From assembly GCF_964194155.1 (NCBI RefSeq), contig NC_135902.1, forward strand, positions 46,500,001-46,564,000: DNA of 64,000 nucleotides. The letters run 5' to 3'. Shown here in pieces: positions 11,842 to 25,027 of this stretch; the stretch's first letter is position 1, and each line of letters begins with the position of its first letter. The notes under the pieces are model-generated. The model did not search any database. It worked only from the letters and a program-made list of their open reading frames with translations, and was not told where the DNA came from. The stretch comes from Cetorhinus maximus (taxonomy: Eukaryota). The translations under genes were made by a program, and so were the position numbers.

Positions 11842-12010
11842 AACAAAAACAGAAAATGCTGGAAAAACTCAGCAGGTCTGAAGAAGGGCCGTGCGGACTC
11901 GAAACGTTAACTTTGTTTTTCTCTCTCCACAGATGCTGTCAGGCCTGCTGAGCTTTTACAGCATTTTCTGTTCTTGTTTCAGATTTCCAGCACCCGCAGT
12001 ATTTTGCTTT
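11842..12010. mobile_element. Mini fold-back PLE pseudo-LTR insertion with HHR, 15-bp TSD
   Basis: Inverted arms; TAACATTAAATCTGA at 11827-11841 and 12011-12025; CTGAAGA-A-GGGCC-GTGCG-GACTC-GAAAC-GTT-AACT at 11878-11912. Confidence 0.9.
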
Positions 12011-13194
12011 TAACATTAAATCTGAGATTGATGGATTTTGTTTTTTTGCTTGCCAAGAGAGTGAAGAGATCTGGAGACAAAGTAGGTGGATGAAGTTAAG
12101 TTACAGAATGGCAGAACAGGCTTTGCTGTCTGAATAATCTGTTCCTATGCTCCACAATCTTTAGAGTGATTTTTCATTCAGTTCTGTCTAGACTATGCTG
12201 ATATTGGGGCTCCATTGTCATGGTTTATGCAGGAAAACTAGTCACTTGGCTGAGAGCCTAGGTGCTTACCCAGCACCTGTGTATCCAAAAACTCAGCAAT
12301 AACCAGAGCCTAAAGCAGAGAAGGGGAGGACAGATCTTTGGTGGTTCCATCCTTCCCAAGCACAGCGCTGCTAAAGCAAAACCACAAGCTGCCCAATAAT
12401 GTGCAAAGTTTGTTTTTAATCCACTGCTGAAGAGGGATGAACAAGCACAGAAACAGCCACCTCACACCAGAGTGGCCCATTCTGACACTCGGTTAGAAGC
12501 ACAGAAATAACGAGGTGGAGCAGGGAGTATAAAAGTAACATCAGCTGGGGGCAGAAAAATCATTGTCATTTTCCACGTGACCGTTCACCACTCCAGCACA
12601 TTGCAGTGTCTGAACTGGCAGGAATTTCCTCGATGTTTGTTCCCCCTTCAGATGCGCTTTAAAACTCAGAAAAGTGTAAGTGTTTAATTTAAAAAAAAGA
12701 TATACTTCTGCGTTTTACGTTGTGATGGCCTGAGTTGGACTCCTGCGATGGTGTAGTCTGTTTCTGATTTTCACCGAGAGAAGAAGAGACACATTTCAGC
12801 AGGTAGCTATCGCGTCTGGCGACATTTGTTCTGACAGTAGGAATCTCCACCTGGTAACAGCCGCTAGGCTTCCCACTCTTTCTATTTTTGTGTTAGATTT
12901 CTGCTCTCTTTCCTCGTTACCAAGTGTGCCAGGGTAAAATTTCCTGAACGAGTTTTGGGCAATGCTTATTAAAAATTCTAGCTCCTGGGTGCTCTGCAAC
13001 CCAAACAAAATGTGAGATGTGTTAAAGAACTCCTGCGCTCAAATGAATGCACTGCACTCATTGTGACAGGGATTCACAATACAATGATGTAATCTGTTCA
13101 TTCATGCTTGTACCGTTGATTCAAATCCAACCCAGGCTGAGAGACTTAAAGCCTCTCTCTCTCTCTCTCTGCTGGTTATAACATCCCAATATAA

Positions 13195-13290
13195 AGTGAG
13201 AAGCAAACACTCAGCTAGCATCTGTGGAGGGAACAGGTAAGTTAATGGTTCAGGTGTGGATCCTCTGCTAGAACAGTTCTGCCTGACCAC
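13195..13290 (-). mobile_element. Degenerate PLE pseudo-LTR fragment
   Basis: aaacactcagc, gcatctgtggag and gttaatggttcagg resemble the pseudo-LTR at 1876-2013. Confidence 0.5.
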
Positions 13291-13789
13291 TTTCTGTTTG
13301 ACTGCATATAGTGACACCACTATTCCCAGTCCTAATGGCGATGATTGGGGTAACTGTCTGATCAATCCCACCCTGCATGGGATTGTTAAAGTGACTGGGA
13401 TTTTCGGGGTACCTTTTTAATAGCGCAGGCTGTTTAAGGGTGTACTCACGTGTTCTAGTACTCTAGTGGTTGTCTGGGCTCTCAGCCAGCATACATAATA
13501 AGGCTTGGCTGATAGCCCAGGCATCCATTAGATTTGTTGAAACAGCTGATCCCCAGTGAAAACATTGTTTGATTGACAGCTCAGACACTCTGATCTCTGC
13601 TGTCAATTTCACAAAGTTAACTTGTGTAAAACAAGTTAAGTGGTTCCAAGGATTTGTGGTTTTTGTTATTGATACTTTAAAGAGTCTAGATGATTGACAC
13701 ATTTATCTGCTTGTAGTGAAGACTTTTTTTCAACATAGGAGAAAGTTTTGAATGAATTGCTTTTTTTTACACATACCACTATACACCAT

Positions 13790-15297
13790 AGGGTTCATTG
13801 GTTCTAGGCTGTATATAGTGGGCTAATGGGCATGAAAGTGCCATAGCTTGGCATAGGGGCATGAGGGTCCATAGGGGATGGGGCATGGGGAGTGTCTGGA
13901 GGATGAGGGGTGAGGGCTGGGTGGCCATTGTGTTTTTATTTTAATTGGGACAAAGTCCCATGGCACCGAGGCGGGCCTTTTAAACAGCCCCCACCTTCGC
14001 ACCCAGCAGACCCTGTGGCTACTTCCGATCTCTTTCCCTGGTCAGCTGTCCTGATCCAGCCCACACCTGCCCCCCAACAATGAAGATCCGGCCTTTGCGG
14101 GCACTTACTCCTGAGGCAGAGCGAGCAGGAATTTTCTTGACTCCCGCTACCTGTCTTGAGGGTGAAAATCCAGGCCTTTGTTGGCCGTAGTTTGGGTCAT
14201 GAGTTCTGTTCCCGGTTTGAGTGTGTAGAGAATTCCCAGCTCTGCGAACTCAACCTTTAAAAATGGCCACCAGCAGGCCCAGGGTGGGGGATGGGGGATT
14301 GGTGGGGGTGGGGTGGTGAGGGATTGGGGGGGGTTGGTGGTGGTGTGGACAAGCTGGAATGGAAGTTGGACCCACCCACCGCCTGGAACGAGTGCGGAGA
14401 CTATCAGGTGCAGAGGTGGGCTGAGTGGAAGACCTGCCTTTGTGCTCTGGCACTATGTTCAAATGGATATAAAAAAAAACACTCCAGTCCTCACCCCTCA
14501 CCTCCCCCCCACACACTCCCTGTGCCCTAGCAATGCCAACTTCTGCTACCTCATGCCCACTATGCCAGCCCATGCCCCTTTACCCACCCCCATGGTCTCC
14601 CATTCCCCCTATGCCAAGTTCTGTCCTTCCACCCACATCCCCATGGTTATTTATAGCCCCTATGCCAACAGTGCCAACTCATGCCAACACATGCCACCAA
14701 CCTTTGCCCTTCTCCTTTCCATGTCAACTCATTTAGTATCCTTTGACTGTTCCTTGACAGCTTTGACAGTTCTTTGACAGCTTGATAGTTCCAATGAGTT
14801 TGTGCACAAAAAGTGCATAATCATGTTCACTCTTAACAATCCCATAGGGTGCCTCACCTCTCCCATAGGGTGCCTCACCTCTCCCATAGGGTGCCTCACC
14901 TCTCCCATAGGGTGCCTCACCTCTCCCATAGGGTGCCTTACCTACCCCAAAGGTGTACCGAGACCATATTCAAACGGGAACCTTATCTCTCCAAAGGGGT
15001 ACCCTGGAATCCAAATGAATCCAACAAGCTCAGACCTCCTTGCACCTCGTCTAATGTGCACGCTCCAGGTTTCACACTCCTGGCCGACCAAAATCCCAAT
15101 TCAGTGGAGGCAGCTGGTGATTTAAATGGCCAGCTGCCTCTGTAAACCGCGCATATGCAAGTCCTGGCCTGACTTCACTCCCCCACCTTCCCGTGGAAAT
15201 GGAATATGCCATGTTCAGGGCTGGGACTTAAAAATTTTCAGCCATTTCCAGGAGATTCGCTATGACGGTGAACCCCATTGTGGCGAAAATCTGGGCC
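13790..15297. mobile_element. Cluster of GC-rich non-autonomous DNA-transposon (Harbinger-like) remnants
   Basis: Ends gaaaatccaggcc (about 14176) and gaaaatctgggcc (about 15297) resemble the TIRs of other MITEs here; ggcat/atgcc-rich blocks at 13820-13920 and 14530-14730 are in opposite orientation. Confidence 0.5.
14840..14944 (+). repeat. 21-bp minisatellite, 5 copies
   Basis: TCCCATAGGGTGCCTCACCTC, four perfect copies plus one diverged. Confidence 0.97.
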
Positions 15298-15702
15298 TTT
15301 GTTTGCTGCGGCTTGGGGCTTAAGTTTGAAGACTTTATTTGCTGTATCTCATGGGCTGCGCGTAGTCCAGAATGGTTAAAACTGCAAGCCATGACACGCC
15401 TCTGACGCAGTCGTTCACACAGTGGTGTCAATATTCACTGCATTTTCTGTCTTTCGTTTTACTCTCCGGCTTTGGGTGGTCTCAACCGAATGGCTATGGC
15501 TCAGCAGTGTAAACTGCTCATAATTCAGTCCTGTTGAAAGGTTTGAGTTGTAGCTGGTTTTGGAAAGAGCAGCGTCACAGAAGCTGCAGGAGGTGTCCTG
15601 ATTTTGTTACTAAGGTAGATTGTTCGGGGGGAAGTAGCTTTTCTGCAGTCAGGGTGTGGCTAACCGGGGCGTGCTTGATGCTAACTTGGAATCTGAAACT
15701 AC

Positions 15703-15819
15703 GGGCGGAATTTTAAGCCGCCGGGATTTTACGGTCCCACCGAAGTGAATGGACTTTTGAATGGCACGCTGCATTTTACCGCCTCACCCCCGCCGCAAAG
15801 CGACTGTAAAATTCCACCC
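15703..15819. mobile_element. 117-bp Harbinger-type MITE
   Basis: TIRs GGGCGGAATTTT / AAAATTCCACCC; 3-bp flanks TAC and TAA. Confidence 0.75.
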
Positions 15820-17381
15820 TAAGTTCAATTCTCCAGCATTGATTTCCTTCACCTTGATGAATGAGTAAAGCATTTCAGCAAGGAAAAGGTACCCATTGTG
15901 GCATTCCATTGTTAAAATGTATCTGCTGCACATTCTGTATTTTTGCAGGGATCAATGACATCAGCCATTGTTCAATTTCAAGTTTGACAGCAATAAAGGC
16001 CGAAACAGAGCTCATTAAATAATCTTGGAACCCTGTGTAAAATTGGCATGTGGGGAGCACTGATTTTTGTGTGTGTCAGATGTTAGGAACAGGAACACAC
16101 TCTGCCATGTTTCTAAATGGCGCAGTCTAGTAGCACCATAAGCCAACTCCAGTGCCCTAATGAGTACTTCACATAACATGTGCAAAAATAATGTTCAAGT
16201 TGGAGTCCATTTTTTAAAGGAACACACCGCTGGAAGCAGATTTGCAATTAAGCCGAAACAGAGAGCATTTTGCCCTGGCTTAATCTTTTCATCTGCAACC
16301 CTCTGTTTACCAGAATTTAATGGGACACTGCCTTCCTTCTGAACAGAATGTGTGTAATTTGTGAAAGGTTTATGGAGACAGGAAAAGCTGTGAGTTAATT
16401 TCATTATGACAATACTGAACACCAGCCTGATGGGCTTTTCGTGAATTGTTTGACAATTCTTTTATTTATTGGTTGTTATGCTGGAGCAGGATTCTTGGAG
16501 TCGGATTTTAGATGTCAGAGGACCTTACAGCAAAATTGGTGCTTAGCAACGCCACACTTGCTCGATAGTTTGGAGGAAAGAAGGGAGCCATTCTCAGTGC
16601 TAAAAACAGATTTGGATAAGGTAATGTAATGCACAGTGGGCTACAGGAAGCAAGTAGAACAATGGATGCAATCAGCAATGGTTAGAGAAATCAGATTTAA
16701 ATGTAATTATTGGTCATTGCCTAGGCAGTATGAAGAGTTGTCAACAAGGCCACTGAAGTGAGAGGAAACAGCCAGAAGGTAACAGTTAAAACTAAAGCAG
16801 GTTAAACTAAACTATGCCGCTGCTCACTAAGGCTACGTGTTGGAACAATGCAGAAGCTTCCAATCACCATACAGTCAATTGCATATTGATCCGTTGAGGA
16901 TGCCGTGAGTGTTAAGGGTTGTTCCAGGACACTGGACTATAAATTAGGAAGAGCCATAGAATTGAATTTGCATTGGAGATACGATGATAAAAATGAGGCA
17001 TGAACCATGTCTCTAAACACTGAGGGCAGATAATAGAGATAAAAGCAAGCTCTTTGCCTTAAATTGCTGTTGTAGAATGAATTAACAAGAGTCCAACTTT
17101 CTCAAGCCTCAGTCAAGATGAGTAACTTGAGTACAGTCCCCTATTAAAGTAAGACTCGCATTTATATTGTCACAGTTATGAGCTGCATTAGATTATATTT
17201 TGGGACTGTGGTTTGAAATTTAGAGTAAATGAAAGGGGTCAGGTGACCTGTTCTGCAGTCTGCCTGACCAGAAGCCTGGCTGGTTTGATTGCTAGCGATC
17301 AAAAGAGGTCTTGTTTCACTGAGAAGAAGGTGCAAGATATTTACACTTGGATACAACGGCAGCAGTCTCTGAGTTTACTGC

Positions 17382-18063
17382 GGCCAGAATTTTAACTTCT
17401 TCGGGTGGGCGTGCGCCCGACGCGAGTGAGTGTAAAATGACGTGTGATGACGTCAGGCGAGCGTCCCGACATCATCGCGCACTCCCGCGATATTTCGCTC
17501 GGTGGGCTCGTGCGGGAGTCGGCAATTAACAGGCCTATTAAGGCCATTAAAGTACCAATTAAATGTGATTTTTCGCTGCGTCCAATCCGACAGTTGGCGG
17601 GCAGGTGAAAACGCTGAGCGGCCTTTGGACTTTTTAGGAAACCTCATCCACGGGCGGGATGAGGTTTCCAACAGCAATTAAAAATAAAATGAAAATTTTA
17701 ACTTTTCATTAATAACATGTCCCTTTACATTAATATCAGAGGCACATGAGGGGACATTTTTTATTTAACAGTTTTAAATTCTTTATTTTTGACTTTTTAC
17801 ATCTTCATCTCCCTGAGGCAGCTCTGTGACTCAGGGAGCTTTTCCTGCGCGCATTTGCACGCATGCACAAAGTTCCCCGCTCGTCCTCCTCCCCCTCCCC
17901 GCACAGGCAGCACTGTGTGCTGCAGCGTGCGTTTCACACTGGGCGGGGCCTCAATTGGCCCGTCAGCGTGAAATCGCGGTCACAGCCCGATCGCAAGCAA
18001 CGGCCGGCTTCCCGACCACTCCCGCTCGCCCCGAGCATGCCCGACGAGGGCAAAATTCTGCCC
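17382..18063. mobile_element. CpG-rich Harbinger-type MITE, family A
   Basis: TIRs GGCCAGAATTTT / AAAATTCTGCCC; internally homologous to 18380-19014 and 37732-38374. Confidence 0.85.
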
Positions 18064-18194
18064 GATGAGTGGACTCTGAGTCTCCCAGAGTCCCAGAAAT
18101 GTGTTGAAGGTACCAGATTGTCAGCAGTAGTAATGTAGAGGTATATAGGTTCTTGACTAACAAAAGAGGCAAAGACTATTGGGGCTAGGCAGAA

Positions 18195-18305
18195 AGAGGC
18201 CACAATCAGATCAGCCATGATTTTATTGAATGGCGGAGCAGGCTCAAATAGCCAAATGGCCTACTCCTGCTCCTAATTCATATGTTTGCATGTATGTTCA
18301 TATGT
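18195..18305 (+). mobile_element. CR1 LINE 3' tail
   Basis: atcagatcagccatgat, gaatggcggagcaggc, ggcctactcctgctcc and short tail repeats. Confidence 0.8.
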
Positions 18306-18379
18306 AAACTGTCCATTTACTTCTAAGATGAAAGAGAGTTGCTAACTAGCATTTCTACCTCGAGGCAAGGCTAATGTGA

Positions 18380-19014
18380 AAACTTTTTACCCCAGCGGAC
18401 AGGCACACGCCCAACCCACTTGAGCCTAAAATGACTCGCGTTGACGTCCAGCGAGCGTCCCGACGTCAACGCGCAGTCGCACGATATTTCAGTTGCTGGG
18501 CGTGCGCCAGAGTCAGCAGCTCGCCTGCCCTCAATTAAAAGGCCTATTAAAAGCCATGAACAAGGTAATTAAAAGAAATTTTTCGCTGCCCATCCAACCT
18601 TACGGTTGGCAGGGCAGGCGAAAAGGCGGAGTGGCCTTTGCATTTTTTAGGAAACCTCATCCGTGGGCAGGATGCGGTTTCCAACAGCAAATAAAAGTAA
18701 AATTTTAAAAATTTTACATTTCATTCATAACATGCCCCTACTCATGAGGGGACATGTTTTATTACATTTTTGAAATCTTTATTTTATATTTGAAAAATGT
18801 TCATCTCCCTGAGGCAGTTCTGTGCCTCAGGGAGATTTGCAAGTGCGTACTCACGCTCAAACTCGCCCCCCCCCTGCCCACACAGGCAGTGCTAAGCGCT
18901 GTCGCTTGTGTTTCACGTTGGGCAGGCATTATTTGTGAAATTGTGGTGCTGCCCCGATTGCGGGCGGCAGTCGGCTTTCCGACCACCCCGCCCGATAAGG
19001 GCTAAGCTGTGCCC
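18380..19014. mobile_element. MITE family A, second copy
   Basis: Shares gcgtcccgacgtca, aggcctattaa, ggaaacctcatcc and catctccctgaggcag with 17382-18063. Confidence 0.85.
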
Positions 19015-19721
19015 AATGTGTTTCACTTTGCCATGGGAAGAGGGTGGAGGAAGCCATTTCTGAGATCAGGTTACGGGCTTCCCTACAAATTAAGGAATAT
19101 TTCAGGCTGCAGTTTTGTGTGGCTAGCAGAGAGAATAGGCTCTTGGCTTTGCAAACTACCACAGCTTGTTGGGGGAACGAGATGGTGTTACGGCGTTTAG
19201 TCGAAGAGACACAATCTTCTAAGGATTCTGGGAGATTAGTCCTGGCATGGCTGCAGGTAGAAGAATAATTGGAACAGGCTTTACTACTAGTGGTGGATTT
19301 AAGAAACTCTCCGAAAACTGAGGAAAGCAACGGTCACTCGAAGTTACTTCTAAGTGAAGTAAGAATATGGGAACCCATTGGAAACTGGGAGAAACTGTTT
19401 GCTGAAAGTACTGTAATTCCCGCAAGAGTATAATGAATGATAAATATAACACTTTTCCTGTTGTTTAAAGTATAAGCTTGCCTACAAAATAAGTATCTAG
19501 TCAATAGTGTTTTATTAGTCATTTGTTACAGTACACGTTTTAACATGTGAACTCTTGTCTTATCATTCTTTCAGCTAGTAACTGGAAGTTCAAATCTTTT
19601 TTTCCAAAGTTATTGACCTCTGTGGAGAACATAACAATGTTTTGGTCATCCTTTGAGGTGCAGGTGACCAGCTAGGGTGTTTTGAAGGGTTCTAGTGGGT
19701 ACATAGCTCTGACCAGTGGCT

Positions 19722-19980
19722 ACAAGTGCATTTATATAGCACATTTCACAATCTCAAGACCTAACAACTCAATTTACAGCCAATGAGTTACTTTTTTGAA
19801 GTGTAGCCATTGTTATGATGTAGGAAATTTGGCAACCAACAAATGAACAGCAAGATCCCATAAACAATAAAGTCATAAATGACAAGAACATCTGTTTTAG
19901 ATGTTCGTTAAAAGATACATATTGGCTAGGGCACTGAGTGAAAATTATAGTTACACTTTTGCTGGGTCCATGTGTCATTT
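19722..19980 (-). mobile_element. SacSINE1-like (L2-tailed) SINE 3' fragment
   Basis: Reverse complement of the tail of 25028-25435 (tgcatttatatagc, tttacagccaat, tgaagtgtag). Confidence 0.7.
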
Positions 19981-20488
19981 GTAGAATATAATTTGTCAAA
20001 GTTGAATAATGTTAGCTTGTTATCTTTATAGTTCTTGGTCAATTACCTTTAGGGGCAGGGTTAAGTTTCATATTCGGTGAATTTTTGCAACTTGGTTGCG
20101 CTTTTGGAACCCATTTTTGGAGGATTTATCACACATATATCTATACTTGTTTTTGACCAAGTCTCTCACCACCAACGCACCAAAATTTTTGGAGCCGCCT
20201 CCACTACCAAACGCCCCATCCTATCACACACACATTCTGCAGTTAGGGCAACTCAGAAGCAGATTGACTTTCCCTTGACATGGCACTGTATGTTGTTATC
20301 ATGGAGGAGGGGCAGTACAGGGTGGTGTAAGGAGATTCAAGCACCATTTAAGGAGGATGCGGTCCGCTAGGTACTCTTCCTGTGGACTATACAGGTTACC
20401 CAAGTCATATAAGCTTCTCCCTGAGGAATTCTGGAGGAGTGTGATTCATCGAAGAGACAGTAATCTATCTCTGTGACCTCATACAGGA

Positions 20489-21594
20489 AGAGCTCATGGT
20501 GTAGTGGATAATATATAGGCATGGATAGAAGATTGGCTAGCTCACAGGCAGCAGAGAGTTGGCATAAAGGGGTCTTTTTCTGGTTGGCAGGATGTGACGA
20601 GTGGTGTGCCACAGGGATCAGTGCTGGGGCCTCAACTTTTTACAATTTATATAAATGACTTGGAGGAAAGGACAGATGGTATAGTTGCTAAATTTGCTGA
20701 CGACACAAAGATAAGTAGGAAAGTAAATTGTGAAGAGGACATTAGGAGGCTACAAAATGGCATAGATGGCTTAAGTGAGTGGGCAAAGATCTGGGAAATG
20801 GAATATAATGCAGGCAAATGTGAAATTGTTCATTTTGGCAATAAGTATAAAAAAGAAGCATATTATCTAAATGGTGAGAGATTGCACAGCTCTGAGATTC
20901 AGAGGGATCTGTGTGTCCTAGTACATGAATCACAAAAGGTTACAATGCAGGTACAGCAGGTAATTAGGAGAGTTAATAGAATGTTACCATTTATTGTGAG
21001 GGGAATTGATTGCAAAAGTAAGGAGGTTGTACAGGGCATTGGTGTGGCCACATCTGGTGTATTGTGTACAGTACTGGTCTCCTTATTTAGAGAAAGATGT
21101 AAATACTTTGTAAGCAGTTCAGTGAAGGTTTACTAGACTAATACCAAGAATGGGCGGGTTGTCTTATGAGGAGAGGCAGGACAGGTTAGGCTTGTATCGC
21201 TGGAATTTAGAAGAGTAAAAGGTGACTTAATGGAAACCTTTAGAATCCTGAGGGGTCGTGACAGGGTGGATGTGGAGAGGATGTTTCCTTTTGTGGCTGA
21301 ATCTAGAACTAATGATCACTGTTTAAAAATAGACAGAGATGAGGAGAAATGTTTTCTCTCAGAGGGTTGTGAATCTTTGGAACTCTCTTCCTCAAAAGGC
21401 AGTGGAGTCTTTGAATATTATTAAGGCAGAGCTAAATAGATTCTTGATTAACAAGGGGGTAAAAAGCTATGGGGGATAGGCAGGAGTGTGCAGTTGAGGT
21501 TATATTCAGATCAGCCATGATCGTATTGAATGGCAGAGCAGGCTGAAGAGGCTGTGTGGCCTACTCCTGCTCCTAATTTGTATGTTCGTATGTA
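20489..21594 (+). mobile_element. CR1 (HER1-like) LINE, 5'-truncated
   Basis: ORF 20594-21136 has SGVPQGSVLGPQLFTIYINDL and KFADDTK; 3' UTR and tail repeat present. Confidence 0.95.
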
Positions 21595-22074
21595 AGACCT
21601 GAAGCCGTTTTCAAGTGCCTGACCTGCTGCACTGTTTTCATCTTTCTCCATTCACAGCCCAAAGGGAAGGTTCAGCTGACCACCCCTCCCTCAGGCTCAG
21701 GGCTAGAGACTTCCAAAGACGCTGGGTGTGAGGTATTTACTGATCACTGGGGCAGGTTAACAAACTGCCCATTGTTTAGACTTTGGGGAAGCTATATCAA
21801 AGCTTAGCTTATTAGCATTTTAGCCACCTTTTATCTTGGCCCTTTTAAGGGTGAATATACCTTGATTTAAAAGTCAAGAACAAACTGTAACTCTTTACCC
21901 AGGTCTTTACCATGAGAAAATGACCAACAGAAAATACCTAACTATAGCAGAATCAAAGATGTGATACGTCCACTCCAGCCACATTAAGGGAGCTGCCACA
22001 CAGAAGCTAAGCGGCTTTCCAGATGGGTGGAAAGAATATTGGTGGCTGAGTGAAGTCCAGGTTGCTCCTATTCT

Positions 22075-22145
22075 CATAGAGTCATAGAGGTCTACAGCAC
22101 AGAAAATGGCCCTTCGGCCCATCGAGTCTGCGCCGGTCAATCAAG
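22075..22145 (-). mobile_element. CR1 3' tail fragment
   Basis: catagagtcatagag tail repeat plus ggcccttcggcccatcgagtctg. Confidence 0.7.
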
Positions 22146-22964
22146 TTTAAGCAAGTGGCCAGTTACTCAGCGAGTTAGGTGCCCAATTGCACTTTAACCA
22201 GACAATGGTACACGTGACCCAGAGAAGACAATAATCCACCAACATTGCACGAGCAGAGCCGATTTCTTCTGCACCTTGGTGTCCCCTCAGCATTGTTGTG
22301 AAAATTGCACTAAAGCAGTGAGTGACACCGGCTCTAAATGGAAACATAGGACAGAAAATAGGTACCTTTTAGGCATCGGACTAGGGGCATTTGTATATTG
22401 CACCTAGTGTTGAGTATTTGAAGCTGTGTTGAGCTTGGTGAGCGTACAGGAATAGTCACCAACAGCAGCAGAATTTTGTGCACTTTTGTGTGCTCTTTTC
22501 TCACTGGCTATTTCTCTCATAGTCTACACCAAAGATCAGCCTGCCAAGCAAGTCCCTGGTCTCCACAAACTAATTTAGTGCAGACAATATCTGGAAATGC
22601 CTTAGGACTGCTGTCATGCTGAATTGTCATGAGCTCCCTCATGTCCTTCTTGTCTTCACATAGCAAAAGACTGAAAACTATCAGATCATATGACTTGAGC
22701 CGTGAACCGCAAACCAGTTTTATTAAAAGTAAAGGTTAAACAGTGCCTTGAGGTCAATGCAGCAGATTTCACACACTAACAGAATTTGAAGCTTATACCT
22801 TCCCAAATTCAAAAATATTGAAAGATAATGACACTTTTCTACCCCCGATAGTAATGCTGAAGCTGGGCTTTCATCTGTGGTATAAATCTCATTCATATGA
22901 TTCCAACCCCTCGTCACAGTAGTCAAGGGGCTTGGACTAAAGTGACCCAGAGGAATGAGGAAGA

Positions 22965-23430
22965 TCATAGTAGAAAGGCTACAGAGGAGATTTATGAGGA
23001 TGTTGCCAGTACTGGAGAATTTTAGCTATGGGGGGAGATTGGATAGGCTGGAGTTGTTTTCTTTAGAACAGAGGAAAGATTTAATTGGGGTGTATAAAAC
23101 TATGCAGGGCCTAGATAGAGTGGCTAAGAAGGACCTAGTTCCCTTAAAAGAGTGGACAATAACCAGGGGCCATAGATTTAAAGCAATTGGTAGAAGGAAT
23201 AGAGGAGAAATATTTTCACCCAGAGAGTAGTGGGGGCCTGGAACTCACTGCCTGAAAGGATGTTAGAGGCAGAAACCCTCTTGGATATGCCCTTGATGTG
23301 CTGTAACCTGCAGGGCTACAGACCAAGTGTTGAAAAGTAGGATTAATCTGAATAGCTGTTTTTTGGCTGGCAAAGAGCCAATGGACCAAATGGCCTCCTG
23401 CACTGTAAATTTCTAGAATTCTATGATTCA
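22965..23430 (+). mobile_element. CR1 LINE 3' fragment
   Basis: ERLQRRFMRMLPVLENFSYGGRLDRLELFSLEQR and TRGH; tail ttctagaattctatgattc. Confidence 0.88.
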
Positions 23431-23497
23431 CTGCATTTTTCCACACCATCTCCTAACAGGCTGCAGCACAAAATTAAAAATAGGTCAGACAAGGATG

Positions 23498-24365
23498 GAA
23501 CATAAAAACATAAGGAAAAGGAGTAAACCATTTAGCCCCTCAATCCTGCTCCACCATTCAGTAAGACCGTGGCTGATCTGACGTGGCCTTAATTCCATTT
23601 TCCTGTCTGCTCTCGTAACCTTTGACTCCCATGTCGATCAAAAACCTGACTAGCTCAACCTTGAATATGTTCAATGACTCAACCTCCACTGCTCTCTGTG
23701 GAAGGGAATTCCACATTCTAACAACCCTCTGAGAGAAGAAATTTCTTCTCATCTCCTTCATAAATGGGAGACCCCTTATTTTGAAACCATGACCCCCTAG
23801 TTCTATATTTCCCCCATGAGGAGAAACATCCTCTCAGCACCTATCCTGTCAAGCCCCTCAGAATTCTGTTTCAATAAGATCACCTCTCATTCTTCTAAAC
23901 TTCAGTGAATATAGGCCCAACCTTTTCAACCTTTCCTTTTAAGACAACCCTTTTATCTCAGGAACCAACCTAGTGAACATCCTCTGAACTGCCTCCAATG
24001 CAAGCACTCTCTTTCGTCTTGAGTTCTCTGCCCAGAGGTAGGGTCCTTGGCGATTATTCACCGAACCACAGCAAAGAACTATGATCAGTCGGGGTAGAGT
24101 GACGAGTCAGGCCCTGAGTCTATCTCAGCCGGAATAGGAATCAAACCCTGTGCTAATCTGATCCACATTCTCGCCATCTAGCTAGCTTAGCTAACTAGCT
24201 CTCCAACATCCCTTTCCTTAAATAAGGAGACCAAAACTGTACGCAGTACTCCAGGTGTGGTCTCACCAATACCCTGTGGAGTTGTAACAAGGCTTCCCTA
24301 TTTTTGTATTCCTTCCCCCTTGCAATGAAGGCCAACATTCCATTCACATTCCTGAAGCAATGCTG
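23498..24365 (-). mobile_element. CR1 LINE 3' fragment interrupted at about 24005-24200
   Basis: MLAFIARGKEYKNRE, LVRPHLEYCVQFWSPYLRK and FFSQRVVRMWNSLP. Confidence 0.9.
24005..24200 (-). mobile_element. tRNA-derived SINE inserted in CR1
   Basis: Minus-strand head with degenerate A box (TTAGCTAAGCTAG) and B box GGTTTGATTCC; the CR1 resumes on both sides. Confidence 0.55.
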
Positions 24366-25027
24366 CCTAAAACATAGCACATGGAACTATAGGAAAACAA
24401 AAGGGGGAGAAGTCTGACCTATGCCCAAAGTGGGCACAGAGTCTGCACACCAGCCCCTGCCAGCCTGAGGCTTGAGCCAAATCCAGCTTTGGGCCACATT
24501 TAAATGCGGTCAGTGAGCTACAGACTCCCACTGCAGCTAACCCAGATGCGGAGGGCAGGAAGTCAGCCAGTAGCAAGCCAAGGCCACTGACGAGGCTGCC
24601 TAACGCCTGGTACAAATCGACAAGAGTGTGCACAGCGTGCGCTCCTCCCATTTGCAGCTGAAGTTTACAATCAGGGTCCTACAAGCAGCGTAGTGGCCTA
24701 ATTTGCATATTTAAGCAAACTCCTATCTGACTCAGACAGTGGGCTTCTCTGCTATTTGCAGATGCACCTGGGGGTGGAATCAGGTGGGTCTTGGACACCA
24801 ATAGAGTGGGCAAGGTCACCCTTCCCTTCCCCCAATAAACAACTGCTAGCCGCCCATTTTCCAGACACGAAACAAGCAGCCAGCAGTTGAAGATTCCTTT
24901 CGTAATTGACACAATTAAATGAATGTAGTGGTCTCTTTGACTCCACCTGGATGGGAGATTCCAAATGATTTGTACATGTCATTCAACACTACACCTTAGT
25001 TTGGTTGACTTGAGGCCTTTAGTGTTG

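Noticed and set aside
14729-15145. Repetitive-peptide ORFs, or a CRISPR-like array
   Set aside because: Produced by a 21-bp tandem repeat with no spacers; eukaryotic context and no cas genes.
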